The notes beneath the pieces were generated by a model. The model saw only the letters and a list, made by a program, of their open reading frames with translations. It was not told the origin of the DNA and did not search any database. A DNA stretch of 32,000 nucleotides from Longivirga aurantiaca (lineage in GTDB: Bacteria > Actinomycetota > Actinomycetes > S36-B12 > CAIYMF01). Below, piece by piece: positions 10,046-18,589 of this stretch (positions are counted from its first letter, which is position 1; every line of letters begins with the position of its first letter). The translations under genes and the position numbers were made by a program. The stretch spans positions 2,325,604-2,357,603 of the forward strand of contig NZ_JBHSTI010000008.1 in assembly GCF_042660085.1 (NCBI RefSeq). The letters run 5' to 3'.

Positions 10046-10083
10046 GGGCGGGTCCGTCGGTCGACAGACCGACGGACCCGCCC
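10046..10083 (+). terminator. Hairpin between the rhodopsin gene and the blh-like gene
   Basis: GGGCGGGTCCGTCGGTC (10046-10062), loop GACA, GACCGACGGACCCGCCC (10067-10083). Perfect 17-bp arms. Confidence 0.7.
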
Positions 10084-10130
10084 ACCCCTCCTTCCACGCC
10101 GCACCGGCCATCCCGCAGCGAGGAGCAGCC

Positions 10131-11126
10131 ATGGCCACGGTCGTGACGACCCGCCCGCGGGAACTGGCCGCACCGCCCCTCGTCGCCGTCGTGCTCGCCG
10201 CCGGACCGGTGGCGGTCGCCCTCGCCGTGGCGTCCTCGGGCGCGTTCGCGAGCTCGGACCCCGCGGTCCCCGGCTGGGCGCCGGTCGTCGCCCTCGCGGC
10301 CCTCGTGGCCGGGGTGCCGCACGGCGCCGTCGACCACCTCGCCCTCGTCCGGTCGCCGTCAGGACGGCGGCGCCTCGAGCTGGCCGCCGTCTAACTCGCC
10401 CTCGCCGCGACGGCTGCGGCTGCCGTCGTCCTCGCCCCGGCGCCGGCGTTCATCGTCGTGCTGGCGATGTCGGTGTGGCACTTCGGCACGGGTGACGTCG
10501 CTCTCGCGGACGAGCTGGCGGGCTCGCCCCGGCGCGGCCGCGGGACGCGACTGGTCCACGTGCTCGCCGCCGGGTCGGTGCCGGTGCTGCTGCCGCTGAC
10601 CTCGCCCGCCGCGACCGCCACCCTGGTGGGGCTGGAGCCCCGGCTCTCGGCCGTCACGGCGCCGGGCCTGCTGCTCGGCGTACGCGTGGCCGTGCTCGTC
10701 CTGGCCGCCACCGCGGTCGCCGTACTGCTGCGGGGGCGCCGAGTCGCCCCGGCAGGCGAGGTAGCGCTGCTCGTGCTGCTGGCTCTCACCGTGACGCCGC
10801 TGCTCGCCTTCGCGGTCTACTTCTCGGCCTGGCACGCCGCCCGGCACACGCTGCGGCTGGCGCTGGACGACCGGTCGCGGATCGACAGGGTGCGCCTGCG
10901 CACCGTCCTCCGCGACGGCCTGCCATCGCTCGTGGGCACGCTGGCGGTGGTCGGGGCCGCGGTCGGCTCCGGGGCGACGACGTCCACCCGGGTCCTGTGG
11001 TTCGCGCTCGCCGCGGTCTGGGGGCTCACCGTGCCGCACATGGTGGTGGTCGGCGCCTTCGACCGGCGACGACGCAGCGCAGGCGTCAGTCCTGCTCGTC
11101 CCAGCCCGGCGGAGGCTCGGACGTGA
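10131..11126 (+). pseudogene. blh: Brp/Blh-family beta-carotene 15,15'-dioxygenase-like gene interrupted by in-frame TAA at 10392-10394
   Basis: N-terminal piece 10131..10394 contains GVPHGAVDHLALV. Reading on in the same frame past the TAA gives LALAATAAAAVVLAPAPAFIVVLAMSVWHFGTGD...FSAWHAARHTLRLAL...TVPHMVVVGAFDRR. Histidine motifs PHGAxDH, WHFG, WHxxRH and PHM are typical of the family. Located next to a rhodopsin. Confidence 0.8.
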
Positions 11127-11679
11127 GGCCCGTGACGGCCTGGACGAGCGTCTCCTGCAGGAACGTCAGCCAGTCGTAGACGTGCACGTGCACGAACCCG
11201 GGGTCGTCCTCGTCGAGGTCGTAGAAGCCCTCGTGGTTGTCCTCGGTGAGCCCGAGCCGTGCGCCGAGGGCGAGGCGCAGGTCGTTGAGCGCACCCATCC
11301 AGGACGCGATCTCGTCGTCCGGCACGACGACCTTGCGGTCGGCCTCGGCCAGAGCACGCAGCACCGTCGCGGCATGGTTCATCTTGGTCTCGCGCAGCGA
11401 CCGCTCGGTGAAGCGTCGGAACTCCGAGCTGGCCTCGTCGTCGTCGGCGTAGGCGTCGGGCAGAAGCCGCGCGAGGGCGGGGTCGTCGGGGCGCTCGGCG
11501 TCGGGGTCGATGCCGACCATCCGGGCGAGCGGGTCGGCGTCGGCGCCCCAGGGGTCGTCCTCGGGCGAGACGAGCTCGAGGACCTGGCTGACGAGCGTGG
11601 CCAGGAGCCCGCGCTCGACGTCGTCGACCTTCAGGACCAGCTTGCCCGTGGCAGTACGCCGGAAGCCGTGCACGGCCAC
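11086..11679 (-). CDS. DUF2017-like protein (next to clpS)
   Basis: 197 aa acidic protein MAVHGFRRTATGKLVLKVDDVERGLLATLVSQVLELV...; conserved placement directly downstream of clpS in actinobacteria. Confidence 0.75.
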   Translation of the reverse strand: MAVHGFRRTATGKLVLKVDDVERGLLATLVSQVLELVSPEDDPWGADADPLARMVGIDPDAERPDDPALARLLPDAYADDDEASSEFRRFTERSLRETKMNHAATVLRALAEADRKVVVPDDEIASWMGALNDLRLALGARLGLTEDNHEGFYDLDEDDPGFVHVHVYDWLTFLQETLVQAVTGLTSEPPPGWDEQD

Positions 11680-11680
11680 G

Positions 11681-11971
11681 TCAGTCGTCCTTCTGCAGGG
11701 TGGCCCAGAGCCCGTAGGAGTGCATCGCCGCGACGTCGATCTCCATCTCCTCGCGGGTGCCGTTCGAGACCACCGCGCGGCCCTCGTGGTGCACGTCCCA
11801 CATGAGCTTCTGCGCCTTCTCCTTGGAGTAGCCGAAGTACTCCATGAACACGTACGTCACGTACGACATGAGGTTGACCGGGTCGTTCCAGACGAGCGTG
11901 ATCCACGGCCGGTCCGGAGCGGTGATGCTCTCGGACTCCGGCCGATCGAGCTCGACCGGTGCGACTCCCAC
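11681..11971 (-). CDS. clpS: ATP-dependent Clp protease adapter ClpS
   Basis: [74 protein letters not shown] start at 11971 chosen. Confidence 0.94.
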   Translation of the reverse strand: MGVAPVELDRPESESITAPDRPWITLVWNDPVNLMSYVTYVFMEYFGYSKEKAQKLMWDVHHEGRAVVSNGTREEMEIDVAAMHSYGLWATLQKDD

Positions 11972-12036
11972 GGCGTCATCGTCGCACGGGCACGCGGCGG
12001 CGGGTGTGCGCGGCACCACGCGCGTACGCTCGCCCC

Positions 12037-13761
12037 GTGACCGGACAGCCGCTCCCCGTCCCCCCGCGGGACCCGTCCCTCCCCGAGCCGCCGCTCCTGG
12101 CGCGCATCCGCCAGGGCGTCATCGGCGACGACACCGTGATGCAGGGGCCGTTCGGTCCGCGCCGTGTCACGTACGCCGACTACACGGCGTCCGGCCGCGC
12201 CCTGGACTTCCTCGAGGACTTCATCCGCTGCGAGGTGCTCCCCCGCTACGCCAACACGCACACCGAGAGCAGCGGCACGGGTCTGCAGACCACCCGGCTG
12301 CGCGAGGACGCCCGCGCGATCGTGCACGACGCGCTCGGCTGCGGCGACGACGCCGTCGTCATCTTCACGGGCTCGGGCACGACCGGGGCGATCGACAAGC
12401 TGGTCGGCATCCTCAACCTGCGCATCCCCGCCGACCTCGACCGCGAGCACGGCTTCTCGGCGCAGATCCCGCGCGACGAGCGTCCGGTCGTGTTCATCGG
12501 CCCGTTCGAGCACCACAGCAACGAGCTCCCGTGGCGCGAGTCGATCGCCGACGTCGTCACGATCCCCGAGGACGCCGACGGCCACATCGACGTCGAGCGG
12601 CTGCGCGCCGAGCTCGCGGCGTACGCCGACCGCCCGCTGAAGATCGGCTCGTTCAGCGCGGCGTCGAACGTCACCGGGATCATGACCGACGTCGACGGCA
12701 TCGCCCGACTGCTGCACGAGCACGGGGCGCTGTCGTTCTGGGACTACGCCGCCGCCGGGCCGTACCTCGACATCGACATGCAGGGCGACCACGTCGACCC
12801 GCTCACGCGCAAGGACGCCATCGTCCTGTCGCCGCACAAGTTCGTGGGCGGCCCCGGCACCCCCGGTGTCCTCGCGATCCGGCGCGACCTGCTCACCAAC
12901 TCGGTCCCCGTAGTCGTCGGCGGCGGCACCGTGGCGTACGTGAACCCGGCCGAGCACGTGTACCTGGCGGACGCCGTGCACCGGGAGGAGGCCGGAACGC
13001 CGGCGATCGTCGAGTCGATCCGTGCCGGCCTGGTCTTCGACCTCAAGCGCAACGTGGGCACCGACATCATCCGGGCGCACGAGGACGACTTCCTGCGCCG
13101 CGCCGTGGCCGCATGGAGCGCGCACCCGACCATCGACATCCTCGGCAACCTCGACGCAGAGCGGCTCTCGATCGTGTCGTTCACCGTGCGCCGCCCCGGC
13201 GGCCGCTACCTCCACCACAACTTCGTCGTGGCGCTGCTCAACGACCTGTTCGGCATCCAGAGCCGCGGCGGCTGCTCGTGCGCCGGGCCGTACGGCCACC
13301 GGCTGCTCGGGATCGACCTCGAGAAGAGCCACGAGTTCGAGCGCGAGATCACCCACGGGTGCGAGGGCATCAAGCCCGGCTGGGTGCGGGTGAACTTCAA
13401 CTACTTCGTGAGCGACGAGGTGTTCCAGTACGTCGTGCAGGCGGTCGCGATGGTGGCCGACCACGGCTGGAAGCTCGTGCCGCAGTACCGCTTCGACGTC
13501 GCGTCCGGTCGCTGGCGGCACAAGGACGGCACCGTCGAGCCGCCGTTGCGCCTCTCGCAGCTCGCCTACGTCGACGGCGAGCTGACCTACCCGCGGCACG
13601 ACGACCGCGCTCCCGAGTCGGACCTGCGCCGCTACCTCGCCGAGGCGCACGACCTCATGGAGTCGCTTCCCGAGCCGGGCGAGGACGTCGACGTCACGCG
13701 CGTGAGCCCGGACTTCGAGCACCTCCGCTGGTTCGAGCTCCCCGCCGAGTGCCTCACCTGA
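12037..13761 (+). CDS. Class-V aminotransferase / cysteine desulfurase-like PLP enzyme
   Basis: [80 protein letters not shown] (Schiff-base Lys), [20 protein letters not shown]. Confidence 0.88.
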   Translation: MTGQPLPVPPRDPSLPEPPLLARIRQGVIGDDTVMQGPFGPRRVTYADYTASGRALDFLEDFIRCEVLPRYANTHTESSGTGLQTTRLREDARAIVHDALGCGDDAVVIFTGSGTTGAIDKLVGILNLRIPADLDREHGFSAQIPRDERPVVFIGPFEHHSNELPWRESIADVVTIPEDADGHIDVERLRAELAAYADRPLKIGSFSAASNVTGIMTDVDGIARLLHEHGALSFWDYAAAGPYLDIDMQGDHVDPLTRKDAIVLSPHKFVGGPGTPGVLAIRRDLLTNSVPVVVGGGTVAYVNPAEHVYLADAVHREEAGTPAIVESIRAGLVFDLKRNVGTDIIRAHEDDFLRRAVAAWSAHPTIDILGNLDAERLSIVSFTVRRPGGRYLHHNFVVALLNDLFGIQSRGGCSCAGPYGHRLLGIDLEKSHEFEREITHGCEGIKPGWVRVNFNYFVSDEVFQYVVQAVAMVADHGWKLVPQYRFDVASGRWRHKDGTVEPPLRLSQLAYVDGELTYPRHDDRAPESDLRRYLAEAHDLMESLPEPGEDVDVTRVSPDFEHLRWFELPAECLT

Positions 13762-13779
13762 CCTGGCGGATCCCGGCGG

Positions 13780-15633
13780 TCAGCCGACCTTGATGGCGAA
13801 GTACGCGTAGGCGCCGCGCACCGATCCGCTGCCGACGGCGTAGATGCGGTACTGGTAGGTCTTGCCCTTCGTGGTCGGCGCCCAGCGGAACGTCGCCTTG
13901 CCGTAGCGGTCGGCCGCGGCGGTGGCGACCGTCGTCCAGGTCGAACCGACGAGCACCTGGCGCTTGACCGTCTGGCCCTTGATCCACGGCTTCAGCGCGA
14001 CGTTCGCCGTCACGGTCTTCCCGGACTGCACCCCGAGCGCGCTGAGGTCGAGGGTGATGGCGGTGCGCACGCTCGTGGAGTCCGACGCCGTCCCCGTGTT
14101 GCGGTCCCAGGCGCCGGCGACGTTGACCTTGTACTGCGTGGACGCCGTCACCTTGTGCTGCAGCGCGACGCGGCCGTCGGACCCTGTGGTCGCGGACGTC
14201 ACGAGGCTCCAGGTCGACGTGCCGGCCGTGCGGGCGTAGAGCACGGCCCGCGCGCCCTGCACGGCGACACCGTCAGAGGTCGCCCGCGCCGCGACCGTGG
14301 CCGTCGTGCCGTACGTCGTCGTGGACGGCACGTACACCCCGACCTTCGTGGCCGAAGGCGCGAGGGTGCGCGCGTAGTCCCGCAGCGACGACCACTGCGC
14401 GGGAGCGGCGCCGTCGAGGTTCCACTGCGCGATCCCGCGCAGGCGGTACTTCTCGACGAGCTTCGCGCGGGCGAGCGCGGACGCCGCGTTGTCGTACCAC
14501 CCGGTGCGGTAGACCAGGCAGCTCGTGGCGGCGCCGCCGGAGGTCGTGCCCTTGTAGCGGACCTGGTAGGTGAACTGCCACTCGGCGTTGGTCTCGCTCC
14601 AGGTGCGCACGGCCGCGGACCGGTTGATCGTGTCCGAGATGTAGTCCGCGCTCGGGATCGCGGTGCCGGCGGCTGCCGCGGTGAACGACAGCGTGTCCCG
14701 GTAGTTCGCCGGCGTGTTGGTCGGGCAGGTGCCCACGACCTTCGAGACGCCGTTCACCTTCACCGTCGCGTTGCGCCCGTACGCCGGGACGCCGATCTGC
14801 ACCTTGCCCGACGGCACGACGGAGACGGCATGCTGCACGATCCGCTCGACCCACGGCAGCGGCGCGATCGGACCACCGGACACCGAGTAGTCGTACGCCA
14901 TGATGCGCAGGCGGTCGACCTTGTCGGCGATGCCGGCCCAGTCGTAGACCCAGTAGCCGTCGTTCCATTTCGTGCCCGAGGTCTGGGTGCGGTTGTCGGT
15001 GTAGATCGGCGGCGTGGTGACCGAGAGCAGCTTGCCGCGCGCATGCAGCGCTGCGGAGAGCTGACCGATGAACGTGACCCAGTCGGGGCGCGTGGTGTCC
15101 CAGGTCGTCACCGCGTCGTAGAACGCGAAGCCCTCGAAGTCGAGGTCGATGCCGTCGTAGTCGTTGGCCTGGACGAGCGCCACGATGCTCGAGACGAGGG
15201 CGGCGCGGCGGGTGGGGTCGTCGAGCACCTGGGCCATCTGCAGGGGTGTGGTCTTCGTCGTCATGCCGTCGGTGATGCTGGGCAGCACCTTCACGCCGGC
15301 GTCGCGCAACGCCGTCAGGACAGCGGCCTTGTTGGCGGCGTACGGCGAGCAGGCCGGGCAGGGCCTGGCCTCGTTGACGGTGGGCGACACCAGGTCCTGC
15401 GCGACGTACCAGAACGGCGACACCTCGGGCATCAGGTCGGCGTTGGCGACGGCCGCGCGGGTGCTGGCGCTCGTGGCGGAGCCGAAGTAGCCCCAGCCGG
15501 TCACGATCGGGCGCGGCGGCGCATCGGCGGCGGTCGCGGTGGTGGCGGGCACGGCGAGGCCGAGGAGGCCCACCCCGAGGGCGGACGCGAGCAGGGTCGC
15601 GAGGCGGCGGGTGCCGGTGCTGCGACGGCGCAT
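13780..15633 (-). CDS. Secreted glycoside hydrolase family 18-like protein
   Basis: Signal peptide MRRRSTGTRRLATLLASALGVGLLGLAVPATTATA, catalytic DxxDxDxE in NDYDGIDLDFEG, RIMAYDYSVSGG, QIGVPAYGR, IAQWNLDG. C-terminal region of about 190 aa looks like beta-rich accessory domains. Confidence 0.87.
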   Translation of the reverse strand: MRRRSTGTRRLATLLASALGVGLLGLAVPATTATAADAPPRPIVTGWGYFGSATSASTRAAVANADLMPEVSPFWYVAQDLVSPTVNEARPCPACSPYAANKAAVLTALRDAGVKVLPSITDGMTTKTTPLQMAQVLDDPTRRAALVSSIVALVQANDYDGIDLDFEGFAFYDAVTTWDTTRPDWVTFIGQLSAALHARGKLLSVTTPPIYTDNRTQTSGTKWNDGYWVYDWAGIADKVDRLRIMAYDYSVSGGPIAPLPWVERIVQHAVSVVPSGKVQIGVPAYGRNATVKVNGVSKVVGTCPTNTPANYRDTLSFTAAAAGTAIPSADYISDTINRSAAVRTWSETNAEWQFTYQVRYKGTTSGGAATSCLVYRTGWYDNAASALARAKLVEKYRLRGIAQWNLDGAAPAQWSSLRDYARTLAPSATKVGVYVPSTTTYGTTATVAARATSDGVAVQGARAVLYARTAGTSTWSLVTSATTGSDGRVALQHKVTASTQYKVNVAGAWDRNTGTASDSTSVRTAITLDLSALGVQSGKTVTANVALKPWIKGQTVKRQVLVGSTWTTVATAAADRYGKATFRWAPTTKGKTYQYRIYAVGSGSVRGAYAYFAIKVG

Positions 15634-15939
15634 GTGGTGGTCTCCCTGGTCGTGGTGCGGCGAGGTCCGCGACGTGCTGCCTACTGAGTCCATCGTCGCC
15701 ACCTGCTGGCGACTTGACGTCCTGGGCCGCTCAGGTGCCCGGAATGACCCTAAGAGTCCCGATTCTCAGGCGTCACGCACCCGTCCGCGTTCCGGCTCCA
15801 CCCTCGCCGCCCCTGTCGTGCCGGCCCACCCGGGTGTCCGCTACCCGGAATCATCGGGCCGGCGCCGTCCGACGGTGCCCGGCGCGCTCCCCGGGTACGC
15901 GTGCGCCAGCGAGGGGCGGCGGCGACTAGCGTGCCGCGC

Positions 15940-16743
15940 ATGACGACGACTCCCGCCCTCGACCCGGGCCGTGCCGCGGCCCTCGTGGACGGCCTCGTGG
16001 CCGACCTCGCGGGCGCCGACGTGCCCGCCTCGGTCTCGGCGCATCGCACCCTGCACCGGTCGCGCCGCGCGGCCGCCCTCGGCCCGCTCGTGGTGCCGGT
16101 CAGCCGTATGGCGGGGCTGCTCGACGCCCTCGACGCCGACCGCGCGTCCGAGCCGGTCGACCTCGTCCTGGTGGCCGATCGGGGCCTCGTCGAGGCGGCC
16201 GAGGCGCGCGCCGTTCTGCTCGACGACGACCGCGTCGCGCTCCTCGGTCTGCACCTCACGCTCCCCACCGACGGCCCGCTCGGCGACTCCGCCCGGCTCA
16301 CCCTCGACTCGCTCGACTTCGCCCTGCCGGCCGCCGTCGGCGTGCCGGCCGCCCCCGGGTGGGAGCAGGCGCTCGACGTGCTCGCCGAGGACGGCGCCGA
16401 GCAGGCGCTGCTCGCCCTCACCTCGCGCGGTCCGAGCGCCGAGCACGTCGCGGAGTTCGTCGTGGCGTGCGTCCGCCGCGGGGTGTCGTTCGCCGTGGTG
16501 GGCGCGGCCGCCTCGGCGTTCCCCGGGCTGCTGGCAGCGACCGCCGCAGCACTCGACGGGCGTGAGCCGGCGCATGTCGCCGCGGTGCTGCTCGCCGACG
16601 ACCCCGCAGTCGCCCTGGCGGTGCTCGCGGACGCCGACCCCCGCGCGGTCCGACGTCGCCTCACGTCGATCGGCAGCAGCGACGCGGGCGGCACCCTCGC
16701 GCACCTCGTGTCGCTCGGGCTGCTCGCCGAGGCGGAGGCCTGA
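15940..16743 (+). CDS. Conserved hypothetical protein
   Basis: Continuous reading frame of about 267 codons (MTTTPALDPGRAAALVDGLVADLAGADVP...), short gap to the next gene. No family recognised. Confidence 0.65.
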   Translation: MTTTPALDPGRAAALVDGLVADLAGADVPASVSAHRTLHRSRRAAALGPLVVPVSRMAGLLDALDADRASEPVDLVLVADRGLVEAAEARAVLLDDDRVALLGLHLTLPTDGPLGDSARLTLDSLDFALPAAVGVPAAPGWEQALDVLAEDGAEQALLALTSRGPSAEHVAEFVVACVRRGVSFAVVGAAASAFPGLLAATAAALDGREPAHVAAVLLADDPAVALAVLADADPRAVRRRLTSIGSSDAGGTLAHLVSLGLLAEAEA

Positions 16744-16744
16744 G

Positions 16745-17332
16745 ATGACCGAGCCCGATCTCACCGACGCCGTCGCGCCGGTCCCCCTCCAGGTGGGGCC
16801 GTACCGCCTCGACGTGCCGGCGGCGTCCGACACCGCGGACGTGGTCGCGGCGTTCCACGACCCCGACGTCGCCACCTGGAACCCGGCCGGCGGCGGCGAG
16901 ATCACGGCCGAGGAGCGCGCGCCGCTGTGGATCGCGGACCGCGCCACCTGGACGTCGCAGCACGCGTCCTGGGTCGTGCGCGACCACGACGGCACGGTGA
17001 TCGGCCAGGTCTCGCTGCACCACCTCGACCACGAAAGCGGCACGGGCGAGGTCGGCTACTGGCTGACGCCGCGCGGACGCGGGCGCGGGATCGGCACGGC
17101 CGTCCTCGACGCGGCGACGACGTACGCCCTGGACACGCTCGGTCTCTTCCGCATCGAGCTCTTCCATGCTGTCGAGAACGAGGCGTCGTGCCGGATGGCG
17201 CTGCGCTGCGGCTACGCGCTCGAGGGCACGACGAGGCAGAGCTACCGGTACGGCGACGGCCTGCGGCACGACGAGCACCTGCACGCGATCCTCGCCACCG
17301 ACCCGCGCCCCGAGGTGCGGCCGCCGGCCTGA
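16745..17332 (+). CDS. GNAT-family N-acetyltransferase (RimJ/RimL-like)
   Basis: ASWVVRDHDGTVIGQVSLHHLDHESGTGEVGYWLTPRGRGRGIGTAVLDAATTYALDTLGLFRIELFHAVENEASCRMALRCGYALEGTTR. Confidence 0.93.
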   Translation: MTEPDLTDAVAPVPLQVGPYRLDVPAASDTADVVAAFHDPDVATWNPAGGGEITAEERAPLWIADRATWTSQHASWVVRDHDGTVIGQVSLHHLDHESGTGEVGYWLTPRGRGRGIGTAVLDAATTYALDTLGLFRIELFHAVENEASCRMALRCGYALEGTTRQSYRYGDGLRHDEHLHAILATDPRPEVRPPA

Positions 17333-17335
17333 CGC

Positions 17336-18589
17336 CTACGGCACCGACTTGATGCGGGTGACGAGCACGGCCGAGAGCAGCGTGACGACGGCGGTGAGCA
17401 CGTAGAGGCCGGTGTAGCCGAGCCCGCTCGTCACGATCGGCGCCGCGATCACGGGGGCCACGACCTGCGGTGCTGCGTTGGCGATGTTGATGACGCCGAG
17501 GTCGCGGCCGCGGTCGACGGCGGCCGGCAGCACCTGCGTGACGAGCGCCTGGTCGACCGCGAGGTACATGCCGTAGCCGAGGCCCAGGATCAGCGCCGCG
17601 ACCATCGCGACGTTGAACACCGGGAAGAACGCGAGCAGCACGGCGGAGACGGCCATCACCATCGTGGCGAGGATGACGTAGATCTTGCGCCTGCCGTCGC
17701 GGTCGCTGATCCGGCCGGCGATCACGGCGGTGACGATCGTCCCGAGCGCGTACAGCCCGATGAGGATGGTCTGGCTCGCGGCGGCGTCGTCGACCTTCAC
17801 CTCGTCCTGCAGCCAGAACAGCAGGTAGAGCGTGGCCATGGCGTTGCCGAGCATCATGAGGAAGCGGGTGATCCACGCCCAGGCGAAGTCGGGGTACTCG
17901 CGGGGGCTCACCCAGAAGCCGCGCAGGAACGGGCCGAGCTCGAACGGCGGACGCTCGTGCGGCTGCAGCGGGGTGTCCTTGATGCGCAGCACGAACGGCA
18001 GCACGAGGATCACGAGGAGACCGGCCGTCAGGAAGATCCCGGCGTCCAGTCCCGTCACGATGAACGACACGAGCGCGACGCCGAGGACGATGCCCACGGT
18101 CTGCGCCAGACCGACCCAGCCCGACACGAGCCCGCGCTGCCGCACCGGCACCTGGTCGGGGATCGTCGCGGTGAGCCCGGCGTAGGCCGAGTTGATCGTC
18201 GCCTGGCACACGCCCCACACGACGGCCAGCCCGATCACGGTCGACTGGAAGGCGAGCGCACAGATGGCGAGCGCGCCCAGCACCGAGCCCCAGAGCACCC
18301 AGGTCCTGCGCCGCCCGAAGCGCGACAGCGTGCGGTCCGAGAGCGCGCCCGCCGCCGGGTTGGCGACGATCGACATGAACGCGCCGACGCCGGCGATCCA
18401 GGCGAACGCGTTCTCCTTGCCACCCGATCCCGCCACCTCCTCCGCGAGACGGGGCAGCAGGTTCTGGATCGGCGTGTAGAACGCCAGCATGATGCCGAGG
18501 TTCGCGAGCACGACGGGCAGCACGTAGCGCGTGCCGATCTGCCGCGTCGGCTCCGCGAGCGCCGACGGCGCCTTGTCCTCCACGCTCAC
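17336..18589 (-). CDS. MFS transporter, likely sugar/glycoside uptake, paired with GH1
   Basis: YVLPVVLANLGIMLAFYTPIQNLLPRLAEEV, NPAAGALSDRTLSRFGRRRTWVLWGS, AGRISDRDGRRKIYVI. GTG start at 18589 overlaps the stop of the GH1 gene. Confidence 0.88.
   Translation of the reverse strand: MSVEDKAPSALAEPTRQIGTRYVLPVVLANLGIMLAFYTPIQNLLPRLAEEVAGSGGKENAFAWIAGVGAFMSIVANPAAGALSDRTLSRFGRRRTWVLWGSVLGALAICALAFQSTVIGLAVVWGVCQATINSAYAGLTATIPDQVPVRQRGLVSGWVGLAQTVGIVLGVALVSFIVTGLDAGIFLTAGLLVILVLPFVLRIKDTPLQPHERPPFELGPFLRGFWVSPREYPDFAWAWITRFLMMLGNAMATLYLLFWLQDEVKVDDAAASQTILIGLYALGTIVTAVIAGRISDRDGRRKIYVILATMVMAVSAVLLAFFPVFNVAMVAALILGLGYGMYLAVDQALVTQVLPAAVDRGRDLGVINIANAAPQVVAPVIAAPIVTSGLGYTGLYVLTAVVTLLSAVLVTRIKSVP

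Noticed and set aside
9044-10495. 483-aa plus-strand ORF overlapping the rhodopsin gene
   Set aside because: Arg/Pro-rich translation typical of out-of-frame reading in high-GC DNA. It runs over a clear rhodopsin frame.
10458-11126. Second half of blh as an independently translated gene
   Set aside because: Same frame as the first half, no visible Shine-Dalgarno before the GTG at 10458, and it lacks the N-terminal PHGAVDH motif. Treated as part of an interrupted gene, though a two-polypeptide enzyme is not formally excluded.
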